Source: Rotaria socialis (lineage: Eukaryota). From it: a stretch of 64,000 bases of DNA. The stretch spans positions 1 through 64,000 of the forward strand of contig CAJNYD010000333.1 in assembly GCA_905331295.1 (NCBI GenBank). Direction: 5' to 3'. Under the pieces are notes generated by a model that was not told where the DNA came from, ran no database searches, and saw nothing but the letters and a program-made list of their open reading frames with translations. The position numbers were made by a program, and so were the translations under genes. Of this stretch, positions 52,101-64,000 are shown piece by piece. Within the stretch, counting starts at the first letter, position 1, and each line of letters begins with the position of its first letter.

Positions 52101-54739
52101 CGATACAAATACCAACAAGTAGATTCGCTAATATCAGAATGAAAGAGATAAGAACTCTAAATGACAGTTTAATATAAAAAAAACCGGCTTCTTTTTTGTT
52201 AAATTTGCATTTCAATACCTGCTTGTCAATAGTTTCTGTCGGTAATTTTTCAATGTCTTCATCATCTATTATTAAACATTGCTCGGGCCGAATCGGTAAA
52301 CAACTCTGATCAAGTTCACCTTTGTTATGAAGTAATTCGACCATTTTCAAACAACATTCTTGTTTAGCTATTTTTTTATTACTATTTTCGCACTAGCAAG
52401 AAAAACGATAAACTATAAACATCTGTACAAAGAACTTACAATAATATCTTCTCGTATCGGACAATTGGCTGGCATTGTTAAAATACATTTAAATTTATTA
52501 TTATCAGTACGATAGAAACAAAATCGTGGTGATAAAATTTCACTGTTACCAAGAACAGCACAATATCTATAAAGAAAATAAAAATCAAGAATTAAGTTCA
52601 CTATATATTTACTGATTAATAAGTCGTATTGCACGTGTGCCATAAATTTTCACTCCATTTTCTGTACGATATGATTTTAATGAACGAATATCGTCAGTAG
52701 AAGAGTTCTCACTATCAAAATTGGCTTTAAAATTATTTTTCAACATCTAAATATGAAAAAAACATATATATATATATAAATAAAACAAGTTTTCTATTCT
52801 GACTTTTTCCATAAATTCATAGTTTTTATATTCTTCGCTATTCAATGAATACTCTTCAACTGTTGATTCATCTCGAAAAAGAACGAATAATGGATTTTTT
52901 GAACGTGCTCTAGCACGTCCTTTTGATTGCATGTAGGATGCAAAATTATTTGGTTTATTAAAACGAACAACAAGATTACATCCTGGTACATCGAAGCCTA
53001 AAACATAGAACTAAATGAAAAATTGAAATATTCAATGATTTTAAATTTTAACCTTCTTCTACAATTGATGTAGATATTAATACATGAAATTTTGAAAGAT
53101 GAAAGTCTTCCACCACTCGACGCTAAAATCCATAAGATAAAATAGAATTTTTTTCTTCTTACAATATTATCTAACTTGATGTTTAGATGGACTATTTATT
53201 CCATCAAGGGAAGCTTTGGAACCAGCAAGATACTGAATTTTAATCGAATTATCAAAGATCTTCTCTAAGACTTGACATAAAAATGCAGCTGTATGCACTC
53301 GTTCTACAAAAACAATGCATTGATCAAGATTGTTCTGGCTTATAAGTTCTTTTAGCTTAATGACTTTAACACTATATAGAATTTGACGGTCGGAGGGTAA
53401 ATTTTGCAGTTGATTATTAATTAGCGAATCAAGATTTTGTATTATTTTATCGTATAATTTTTTTGCAATTTGATCAGTCCTTTTTATGAATGTATTTTTT
53501 GATTGAAAATACTTTCGAAGTGATTTTATTCCCAAAGAAAATCCATATAGACCAAGATCAAAGCCAAGATGAATTATATTATCTAGATGACATTTCAATT
53601 GATCTAAAGTTCGACATTGTAATTGAATAAAGTTCGCTGGATCATTTCTTTGTGGGACATCATTTTCGAATATAACTGAGCATTTATTTGTTTTCAAATA
53701 TTCACCAAGTTCATCAGAAAGTAATTTCATTTCCTATAGAAAAAATCGATCTATTGTAGAAATTCAATAAAAAAAAAATAGCAACTTCAAAAATATCTCC
53801 AATTCCAGGTTCTTTCTTCGAAATAGTTTGTTCATAAGTTTTGCAACGTTCGTGTTTAACCTCAACTAATGTACTATAATTGTTTATTTCCATTTGATCT
53901 GAACCAGTCTCAATACGAGCACTAAAAGCATTTATTTACACATATGATTTTTGATCTAGGAAAAGATTTACTCATAGATTGTTTCAAGACTTTTCGCAAC
54001 CTTTTCTAATTGTTTTGGTTCAATCTTTTGTCCACATATCGATGCGGTTAAACCAAGTATACGTGGACGTAGACGATGTGAACATGAAGCATAATGTTGT
54101 TTCATTAGTTGAGCATAAGGATCATTACCTACTGCATGATGGCATTCATCGATTATCAATAAATTAACTTTATCTAATGCTAAAACGATAGAAGATTTAT
54201 TAACGAATAATATCATAAAATGAAAGTTTCATCGTACAAAAACGATTATGCGCGAGTAAATCGAGAAATATTTGTACAGTAAAGATTAATATTTGATATG
54301 TTTCGAATTCGATATTCCAACGGTTGGTATCGTTTAATCTGATTTTTGATGGACCACAGTAAATGTTACTCTTTAAATCTAAAGTTTTTAAAGTTTCATG
54401 ATGTTGTCGAGCAAGTTCAGCTTAAAGAAACAGAAATAAATCTTTTTACGTGATACAAAACGACGAATTACTAGTTTTAACAAGAAAAATAGTTCGTTTT
54501 CCTCCATCTTTAATATTTCGTCGAATTTCACGTGACAATTCTTTTATCAGCATAACAGCAATGTATGTTTTCCCACTACCAGTAGGAAGACAAACAATTA
54601 AATTTTCTGATTTCGCTTGTTCCATGATTTCTGTCTATGAAGAGTACAAATCAATAAAATTGATTTATTTGATACGAAACACAAATCAATATACTTGGTA
54701 GGAGCGTGCCGAGAATTCTGACTGCTTGTTGTGATCCAT
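49134..54739 (-). CDS. Dicer-family RNase III (helicase, DUF283, degenerate PAZ, two RNase III domains, dsRBD), roughly 20 exons
   Basis: [140 protein letters not shown]. Confidence 0.93.
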
Positions 54740-56001
54740 ACTTGTTAGCTTACGCCTTTTTTTTGCAGGAGAATATGAAATACGTTCGCGAGGCATGGAT
54801 TGCAACGTTAATTTATTTTCCTTTCTTTTTGGTTTCTAGACTATTGTTTAAAAAAAATATGTTGAAAAAAAGGGACGTTTTGCGTTCTGTTATATATTTT
54901 GTGATGCCACGTGGCTTATTTTATCTTGAAAACAATGAAATATAGGAATTCATCTGCTTATTTTCCTTCTCTTTCGTGATTGCACCACTATGATTCATCG
55001 TTTCGAAATGACTGCTCGCCATTCGTTCACCGATTTTGTTGTGGATAAATTTGAATATAAAATGAAAAATAATTTCGAGAAGAAGTTATCTTTGCGCAGC
55101 GGCAATACCTTATCCAATGAGCGTTTCGCGAGGAGAGGTTATTGCTAGTTGAAAACTAATACCCAATATCCCGCACATTTCGGCTCTGCTGGAGTGTTGC
55201 AATTTTTGCTGCTTCTTCGGAGGCGTTTTAATAAATAAAGAAAACACAACATTGGATTCAACTTTTATGTTGGATGTGAACGTGTAGATATGTTTGTGAT
55301 GTAGTAAGTAAGTTTAATTAAAATTGATAAAATACTTTCATCTGATGCTGAATTATGAAAATAAAATGTAAACCAGATTATTAATAAGAAAATACTGTAA
55401 ATTAGAAGACAAAACTCGTGAATTTTATTTTTGAAATATTTTTAGTATATTTGTAAATCGTCCGCATTTGATTTGAATCATGTTCATGAATCGATTTTTT
55501 CTTATGAAAAATAGATAAACACGAAAATATCCTAACTGTTGTTCATGTTTTTTTTAATTTATTTTTAGACATGAAGTTTTGGAGTTGTATCCGAATCAAG
55601 GGAAAAAGCGAGAAATCCGTAGTTCCATCGTAATTCAAAATTTTTTCATTGCGGAAGCCTCGCCTCCCCCCCCCCTGGTTTCGATCACTGCTTCAGTTTA
55701 TACTTTGTTTAAAAACTGCTGTAAGATCGAATTCGAAAATAAAGTGTTTTCATTATTTGAATAATGTTTTATATGATATCTAATCAATAATTCTAATCTG
55801 TATCTCTCATTGATCCGTGTATGTTACTTTTACTGGCAATGGATTTCATGAAATATTATTTTTATTAATATCGTTTGGATAAGTATTAGCCTTTAAAATT
55901 AGTCAAAAAATCTTAATTCTCAATCTTCTCGAAGATTTACTTGCATAATTATGATTATATAATTTTATCTACCCCTCTGTATCGCTGAAAAAGTCCATAT
56001 A

Positions 56002-56760
56002 TGCCGAACTTGAAACTTGAATTCAACTTTCCACTTTCAAGTTTCGCTTTCACCAAATACGGTTTTGGATACACAATATCTCAAGAAGGATTCATTCAAT
56101 GCAGCTGAAATTTTCTGCAGACCTATATACCGCTGAGGTCTATACCCTCGATCAATTTCAGCTCCATCAATGGGACTCTTGGCATTCTATGCATCTCATC
56201 AATGCAGGGAAAATTCACTCTTTTGCTAACATTTGTCATCCCCTCACTGGATAATACCATACGTCTAAAATTTATTTCTGAAACACGTCTTGGCGAGACA
56301 TTGCCATATTCATAGTTTCGAAGTATTTTATGAAAACTTTACGTAGAGGTGTTACGGCGAAAAACTTCGATTTTACTCTTAAAATTTCGATTTTGGTACT
56401 TGATAATCTAGATTCATGGCACTTACATAAAAATTCCCAGTTATCGTGCCTGAAACAACTAATCATGCATGCAATATTTGTAACTTCAACTGAACTGAAA
56501 CTCTCGCAAAGACCTTTTAAGTAAGTTCCTCAAAGCAAAAAGGCAACCCCTTCGGAGAGCCTTTTCAAAAGACTGCAACACATCACATAGATACAACTGT
56601 GAGTGTCACAAAAGGCTGAAAACCACGCCTACACATATACACAGCATCTCAAGTGTGGGTGTCACGAAGGGTAAACACATTCATCTGCGCACACAGACAC
56701 ATGTACCCAAGATGTGGTAGTAGAGTCAGACCGATAACATGAAACTTGAAAGTTCGACAC
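56002..56760. mobile_element. Possible non-autonomous DNA transposon
   Basis: Ends TGCCGAACTT..ACTTTCAAGTTTC and GAAACTTGAAAGTTCGACA are partly inverted; internal hairpin at ~56103-56163; the motif aaacttgaattcaacttt recurs at ~5979. Confidence 0.35.
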
Positions 56761-57291
56761 TGCTAAAACAATCAAGATAGATTTGCTCAATTTGAGTCCG
56801 TCTTTTGAAGCAACAGCAACTTATTTAAGAAGTAGAAAATTTTCGTCTGTTACTTAAGGGAAATTAAATTTACTTCTTTTGAGTTTTTATTCACAGCGTG
56901 GACATCTCTATTGCAAACAGAAGGACACAGATCAAACTAACGAAAGTTTTCTTTTTCTTCTCTTTCTTTTTCTTAGATAAAGAAAAAAATGCATTCTGAA
57001 AGGGTCAATCAACAAAAAATCACTGCAAACGATGCGACATACGACGCACTTACAGTCAAGTTACCATATGGATGAAAAATAAATGAGAATAGTCAAGAAT
57101 AAAAATTACAAAAACGACGATGCTGTTTGTTTTTTTCTCGTTTATTCGCTTACTGATCACGGTATTTTCACTTGTGAAATAAGGTAGAGCTTATCTGTGA
57201 CTTTCAATGAAAAAATAGCACTCGCATTTAACTGCGTGAAATATCGAGAGAAAAAATAAAGAACCGAACGTATAAATAGAAATATTAGTTA

Positions 57292-57947
57292 CCTAGGTGA
57301 ATGAATCCGACGACTGATCTTATCGAATCCTATGAGATCCGACTCCCAGGCAGAATCCGATAGGGTTTCTGGACACGGACCTGTTGTCGGTTCCGACGGA
57401 AAAAATCATTTTCTTATTCACCCAGGCTAATGATTCCGGAGAACGGATACCGTAGGAACCGGCCGAAAAGTTGCGGAAAAATCACCGTATCTGGCCGGAA
57501 AGCACGCGAAAGCGCTGGAAAGTGGAAGCAGTATTCCGGTTGGAAGTTACCGGATATTTTTTTCTTGTGAATTCCGGTCAGTTTCCTGTGTCTTTCCAGC
57601 CGGAAGTTGACCGGAATCCACAGGGAAAGAATTCGGTAATTTGCGACCGGAATACTGCTTTCACTATCCAGCGCTTTTCCGAGCTTTCAGGCCGTTTCCC
57701 GCCGTACCTCCACGACGTGGGCATGACCAAATCAGCATTTTGAGCCATTAGAGCGCCAGGATGATTCGTTAGAGTTGGATTCCGTTAAAATTCAAAATTG
57801 GATCTAATACCAAGGATCCGACTGTAGGTCCGTGTCCAGGATTCTGATGATATCCATATAGGATTCTATTGAAATCCGATGGGATCATACCGGAACTCTA
57901 TCGGATCGGATCTTGCCGGATTCTATTGTCGGATTGAATCTACTGGG
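57292..57947. mobile_element. ATCCGA-rich MITE hosting a nested MITE
   Basis: CCTAGGTGAATGAATCCGAC ... GTCGGATTGAATCTACTGGG; internal inverted ctggacacggacct / aggtccgtgtccag. Confidence 0.7.
57421..57721. mobile_element. CCC...GGG MITE, same family as 16721-16903, CA target duplication
   Basis: ca|CCCAGGC...CCACGACGTGGG|ca; shared internal motifs with the 16.7 kb copy. Confidence 0.78.
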
Positions 57948-58309
57948 TTTAGCGGTTTCATACCATAACATCAGCCTCGTGTATAACAACATGGTTGACT
58001 ACACTAAAGCGCTTGAGTTTTACAAAAAAATCACTTAAAACGAAAGAAATATCTCTGCACTCGAATCATCCCGAATTGGCTACTTCCTACACTAACATAG
58101 GTGTTCTGTATGAACACATGGGTGAATACTCGAAATCACTTTCCTATCTAGAGAAAGCACTGACTATTTTGCGAAAGTCACTTCCTTCCATGTATCCAAA
58201 AATTATAACGACGATTAATAGTATAGATCGTGTGAAAGAGAAATTGGAAAAATATCTTTTCTCATATTTACTCAATAAAATGGCTTTGATTATTATCATT
58301 TTTCTGTAG
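57948..58309 (+). pseudogene. TPR-repeat (NPHP3/kinesin-light-chain-like) C-terminal fragment, frameshifted
   Basis: LAVSYHNISLVYNNMVDYTKALEFYKK, a frameshift in an A7 run, then SLKTKEISLHSNHPELATSYTNIGVLYEHMGEYSKSLSYLEKAL; the 5' part is cut off at the MITE edge. Confidence 0.75.
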
Positions 58310-59263
58310 ATTGAGCTGTGACATTACACTGTGAAGTTTACATTGAGGAAAATATGCAACATTGTTTCTATGGCTTCTTACAACGCTACCGCTAATCTTT
58401 ATCATTAAACGTTAAGCTTTTGCCTAGAAAAAGTTGAAAGTCCTTAGTATCATTAATCGATACAAGACACTTATCTCATGTGTATAGATGGCATGAAGAT
58501 GAGTAAGAGGCTTGTGAAGTAGCTGTAAAACAAGATAAGATCAGCTCTCGATACGCTAAGGGTTTTAGAAGATTACACTGATATTCAACTAGCTTGAAAT
58601 CATGAAACTGTTCAATCCTTTATAATAATGAGAGATACTTGAGATTCTACAAGTTCGAACTTCTAGTCAAACTTTTTATCTGATCTGAAATGCTCAAACA
58701 TTAACTAAGGTCGGCAAAGTGAACGAAAGGGCTTCACTGACAGTAGAGAACTTCCACGTATTTCTCTTATTGTCGAACACATATTGATTTGTCGCTATAT
58801 ATGTTTGTCTACGATCAATTGAGCGTAGTTGATCAAAAACGCATCATCGGCAAAAATTATAACGATCCTATCTATCATGCTTTGTCACATGGTTATGACT
58901 AGATTGATATTCAAGCTCTAGATATAATGACATTCTCTAGCTAATTTATTATGAAAAGCTGCTTCTAAATATGGCTACTGACATTTCTCATCGAGAGAGA
59001 ATTTTCTGAGCAGAAAACATTGTTGATATCAAGTCAAGTACTTGTTTCTGTGCTTCAAGAAAAATGTACAACAACATCACTATAAAATGCCTAGCAAAAC
59101 TCATCATGGAAAAAAATGCCTTCATGGTTTTTTCATCCGAAACAGTTTTGAAATAAAATAACTAAACAGACAAAGATCTTCGAAAAATGTTTGAATCTTA
59201 AAAAGCAAAGTTTGAAATCATTTTATTTTATTAAAATGCAAATAAAAAGAATATTCACACTCG

Positions 59264-59806
59264 TCAGTCATTTACGCTACTATCGGCTATACTTGATACT
59301 GATACAACAGGTTGATGTATTATAATTATTGGTGGTCGTGCAGATCCTAGACATATAAGCAAATAATATAGATATATCCATAGAAAATGAAAGAAAAATA
59401 CTGATCATACCTCTAACTTTGATTTCTCGAGCTTCTTGGCAAATAGCACATGGTGGACAACAACAAGTCATTAAGCAATCTGCGCAAACGTCTTCTTCTA
59501 AGTTATATTTTGTTCTTAACTGTCCACGTTTAACTGTATGCATCAAACAACAACAGCCAAACAAACTCATGAAGCTATACATGCAACAATGAGTTAAACA
59601 TTTTGATCGATTATTTATTTTTTCTGCATTTTCACCATATAGACAACAGCAACACCAGAATCCATAGCAACATACATGAACATCTTTGAAACAACCGAAT
59701 AGTGATTCTATGGAATTATATTTAAAATAAAATAAATAGACGAACAAAAAAATAAAATAATTAGGCATTATCTACCATTCCATGTTTGTTCTCTGTATAG
59801 TTGCAT
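59264..59806 (-). CDS. PLAC8/cornifelin-family Cys-rich protein (3 exons)
   Basis: MQLYREQTWN/ESLFGCFKDVHVCCYGFWCCCCLYGENAEKI...RGQLRTKYNL..DCLMTCCCPPCAICQEAREIKVR/GSARPPIIIIHQP..ND*. Confidence 0.88.
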
Positions 59807-61891
59807 GTTTGTTAAAGAATGACAACAAGAATAGAATAGGAACTGCATTTTCCGACTGAATTATTAATATATTCATGAATAGTCAAATACTAAAATAAGC
59901 TCATTTTTCATTCATTTCATCGATGAGGGGAACGAACTATGACAGATTATCGGATATCAAATTTCGATGAATAAACTAAAAAGAAGTCTTCTAAAATAAT
60001 TTTTATTTAGCTTTAATTACTAACGAACAAATACGCCTGCTGTTTACTAATCAGTTGAGATAAATCTCGTACTTGATTAATGATTAAAATAAAGAAGTGC
60101 AGCAGCGTCCAAGAACTGAGAAATAGAAATTCCTTATCTGCCGAGGGATTGTCAAGGCCGCTGTGATAATCCTTAGAGAAAATGGGAATCAACCATTGGT
60201 TCCCTCACGATTCCACCATTCACGAAAGTCGCGATATTACTTTCTTTTAAATAATTTGTGCACGGAACTATTGATTGTCAAAATTTTGTAGATGACGATG
60301 AGTGTAAGAACAACAATTATTGTGAATATTCCATATTTTTACCTTTAGTATGCAATTTTATGGTTAATGTTTTGAAAGTATTTTTTCCTTCTATACAGGA
60401 CAAAACTTCTGCATAGATGAAATGATGATACTTGATCCTCTTAGAAATTAATGAACTAAAAAGTAACTTAAAATATGTTTCGGCATGGCCTTCACTGTTT
60501 CATATCGTTTCCTATCATTTTCAAAAACTAATTTATACCACCAGTGGAATTTACATTGAATTAGCTTGCCTATCGTGTTTCTGAGATAGAAATTACAAAA
60601 ACAAAATGAGATAATTATCCTACATCCGATTCAGTTCTAATAAGATAAGATGCTCACGAAACATTTTCCTATTCCGGAATACTTCTGTCAACAAAACCCA
60701 AATCGGGTGACGACAGGAACATTTAAATTCTGTGAAATTTACCTTTTTTTTACATTATCATACCCTCGTAAAATATTCTACTAGTACGACTGAATAATAA
60801 ATAGATTCTCGGGCAATTTAAAACTCTTTTATACCGTGTATTCTTTGTGTACTTATTATTATTATTTTTGGTTTCAAAAATAACATAAAAGAATCCTGGA
60901 CATGACAAAGTTGCCGTTCTTTGTAAATGTTTAATGTTAAAAACGAGAGCAGCGGCGAAACGTTATATGTCTTAAAAACATGGAGTTCGAAGTATAAAAA
61001 TATAATAGAAAAAAAGCTTAATTCGACAAGAGATCTCTGCCATTACCATATCTTGACGTGCTCTTCCAAATGAAAAATAAAAGCAATTGACAATAGTGAA
61101 GCTCCTTGGAGAATTGTGTGATGTACGATTAGAATAGCTTAGAATGAGAATAAGCGATAAAAAAATGTTCCGGTTTGACATGAAACAGCCATATTTTTCA
61201 AGCAGTAAAGCGAAGGCAGTCTACCAAAAAAGAACCGAGCTGTCAAATAAGTAATGCCATTTATGACAACAGAAACCTCAGGCTGTCTTCTCATGAGCCT
61301 ATAACATTCTGTTCTGTTTTTGACGAAAGTTGATTATTTTTTTTAGCAGAATCATCGAACGTAGTAAGACCGTCAATACAATTCGTCATACTACAGAAAA
61401 TTTTCTTCCATTTGAGACACGAGTTAAGACTGAACTAAGTCATGCGGTCGTTATATCAAGGCATAATCATAATTATATATAGAGGGAAAAATCTGCTGTA
61501 ATTATAATGAAATGTTAAGTGAATATATGAATGTTTTTGTTCAAAATTAGGTGACATTCGGAAGAAATAAATATTCTGAAAGTGATAATCAACAATTGAT
61601 GATTTCCTTCTATGTTGATTTATGATTTGATTTAGTACGAACATTTATTAGAACATTTTTGATTAGGATCTTGTTTGGCTAAAAATAATCGACAGTAAAG
61701 TGTTTCAGCAACACTAAGAAGCAATTAGTCGTCTACTATTGTAATTAGTGTAGTTAATCGTGTTGTCTATTTGAGTAACAACTGTCTAAGATGGCTCTTT
61801 TATTCTATTTTTATTATATTCATTAAAAAAAAAGAATACAGATAATTTCTATACAAAAAAAAAGAAAAACAAATACGTCTTTTGAATTTCC

Positions 61892-62584
61892 TTAATTTAT
61901 TAGTTGAATTTTGCTTTTCTCATGGCTTTTACTACTGTCACTCTCGCCTGGTGGTGCCACATAACTAAGTACGTTCAGTATGATAACTAGAAGAAAAATA
62001 AGATAATCGATAAATATGAGAATATAAGCGGTTTTGTATAAATTTGCATGGCAATATTCCGGTAGCGAAGGATCGAAAAATTCTACACGTAATTTAACTT
62101 CAAATATTAACACTTGACCAACAAAAAACCAAATGATTATAAATAAAAGAATGAGTATAAACGCTGGTATTAGAACACGAATTATTAATGGATATAACTG
62201 ATAATTATCATAGGGTGATAATGCTAGTGATTGTTTACGACTTTGTATATGAATAATCATACCAATAACTGCTAATGAAATACCAAAAAAGCCACTAACC
62301 ACCATCCAAACAACAATCATTTGTTGTACAGGACATTGACCGACGTATATGAAGCCAACAACTAGTTGTGTTATTGGTATGATAATATAAATAACAAGTG
62401 AAATTGGAAAATACATCGAAGTAAAAAAGCCATTTGGACGCGGAGGGGCAGCCGAAACAGTATTTTCCGGTAGTTTTAATTTTGTGGGTATTAAAGAATT
62501 ACAATCGGATTTTAATGGAATGAGATAATCAGTATTTTGATCAGTCGAATGTTGATATGTAACTTTTCTGCTTTTAGATGGCAT
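61892..62584 (-). CDS. TMEM272-like four-TM protein, single coding exon
   Basis: PITQLVVGFIYVGQCPVQQMIVVWMVVSG, LFIIIWFFVGQVLIF, EYCHANLYKTAY: the G..Y...CP..I..W..V.G, W...G and YC...LY..A pattern of this family. Confidence 0.7.
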   Translation of the reverse strand: MPSKSRKVTYQHSTDQNTDYLIPLKSDCNSLIPTKLKLPENTVSAAPPRPNGFFTSMYFPISLVIYIIIPITQLVVGFIYVGQCPVQQMIVVWMVVSGFFGISLAVIGMIIHIQSRKQSLALSPYDNYQLYPLIIRVLIPAFILILLFIIIWFFVGQVLIFEVKLRVEFFDPSLPEYCHANLYKTAYILIFIDYLIFLLVIILNVLSYVAPPGESDSSKSHEKSKIQLIN

Positions 62585-64000
62585 GATGAATTACAAATCT
62601 GAAAAGAAGAAAGAAAAAAATCTCCCTCATGAATAGATCTGTTTGATGCTAGCAAAAACAAGAGAATTGCATATGATTATGCACAACAAAGCGGAAATTC
62701 TGTAATCTGATAAGTCGCTTCTCTTTACTAATTGATAGACAAAAAGAAATAATTCAATAAAAAGATTAAACATAGCTAGTTTATAATTTATCTGTTTGAA
62801 TGAAAAAAATTAAATAGCCTGTTACCCATGCATCCGTATTTGACCGAATTGCTTTAGTAAAATAATCAATCAATAATATTATCGTTCGAAAATAACTTAT
62901 AAGAAAAAACGATGTACGATAGCCGTTGATGATAAACAAGCAAACCACTCTACCGTCTTTTTTTAAATCACTAGCATCTCCTTCTTCTACTACACAATTC
63001 ATCAATATGCAACTACCTACTATCACCGATTGTCGACTAGTACAACCTTGAATTCGATGGATGTTCATTTCTTCTTTTCCTTTCTATTTCTCTTCTTCTT
63101 CCTCGTCTTCCGCTCTCTAGGACTTTTTCTGCTACAGGGCGTATTCTATTCTCACCTTTTAGTCGCTTAGGGTGTAGAAGAAAAGAAAAAAATGAAGTGT
63201 CACACGAAGAAGGAGTAAGAGCAGCTGCAAGAACAACGATACATGAAACAAAAACGTAAAATAGCAGAAAGAAATAAAAAACATGCGATCGGATTTTGCG
63301 TTGGGTATGTGTGCAATAAACTTTTGGTTAGATGAAGAACGCATTGGAAGACGAGATGAATGACAAGTGTAGACAAACGATCGAAAGAAATAGTAATTAT
63401 ATAGGTGTATGTAAGAGGGAGTATACTTGTTCGTTTCATTCTTACGTCAAACGAACGAAAATCCTCAACAAAATTAACCTTTTGTACTCGATAAGAGCAA
63501 CTCGCTGCTTGTGATTCCCTATGCCGATGAGAGTTTTTTTTAACCATTTCAAGGAAAAGATAGTAATAAGTTGTATGAAATTTATCATGCAAAACGTATA
63601 CATGACAAATTGTTTTTAATGAATACAAACGGTGTTTGAGGCTGTCACGTCACATGGTATGTTTGTCGTAAAGAAAAAATGCAGATCTTTATCAGTTGTG
63701 TCGTTCTATTTGGTTTGACAAATTGTTCAATTCAAAAGAATGAAGAAACTACAGTGCAACGGAATTAAGACATTCATAGGTCCCTAAAGTATAGAAGAAA
63801 ATTCCACATAGATTATTATGAATAGAACACTCTTTAAAAGTATTTCAGGCAATAGAGTTCTATTATAGAAGATAGTATTTTTAGAATATAAGCATCGGTT
63901 AGATTAAGAAAAACAACAAAAAAGCTTTTATGTTGATGGATTTCAATTGAAATGTACTGGCGAAGAAAACATTGTAAGCTTTTAGCTCATACAGATACGT

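Noticed and set aside
58330..59100. Possible decayed protein-kinase-like sequence
   Set aside because: Only vague fragments (VAVK, HR..AEN) among many stops; not supportable without a search.
1..64000. Hammerhead ribozymes, tRNA/rRNA, CRISPR arrays, prokaryotic operons
   Set aside because: The CTGANGA sites I inspected lack stem II plus GAAA; I saw no structured RNA gene or repeat-spacer array. This was a visual scan, so a covariance-model search could still find something.

Overview
AT-rich, intron-dense eukaryotic (animal) DNA, not prokaryotic. Short ~50-70 bp GT-AG introns, abundant CCC...GGG and CACT...AGTG MITEs, TPR and TMEM272-like genes and foreign-looking genes point to a bdelloid rotifer (inference). 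Genes reconstructed by hand: Mpv17 (-), VPS50/syndetin (-), an SLC38A7-like transporter (+, 3' end not found), an FMRFamide-receptor-like GPCR (-), a possible small secreted peptide (-), a fungal-type tubulin-tyrosine-ligase-domain gene (+), an unknown CAAX-ending gene (-), a dve/SATB homeobox gene (-), PEDS1/TMEM189 (-), a CCHamide/excitatory-peptide precursor (+), an intronless N-formylglutamate amidohydrolase-like gene (-), a Dicer (-), a TPR pseudogene, a PLAC8-family gene (-) and a TMEM272-like gene (-), plus hAT and integrase relics and several palindromic elements. The best leads are: the CCHamide-like neuropeptide split by an intron, a candidate VPS50-Mpv17 trans-spliced operon, a likely fungal-derived TTL gene whose stop codon overlaps that of a convergent prenylated-protein gene, and a compact Dicer with intact helicase motifs. 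I found no clearly new multi-gene system. Family calls rest on motif recognition only; no searches were run and exon boundaries are manual.
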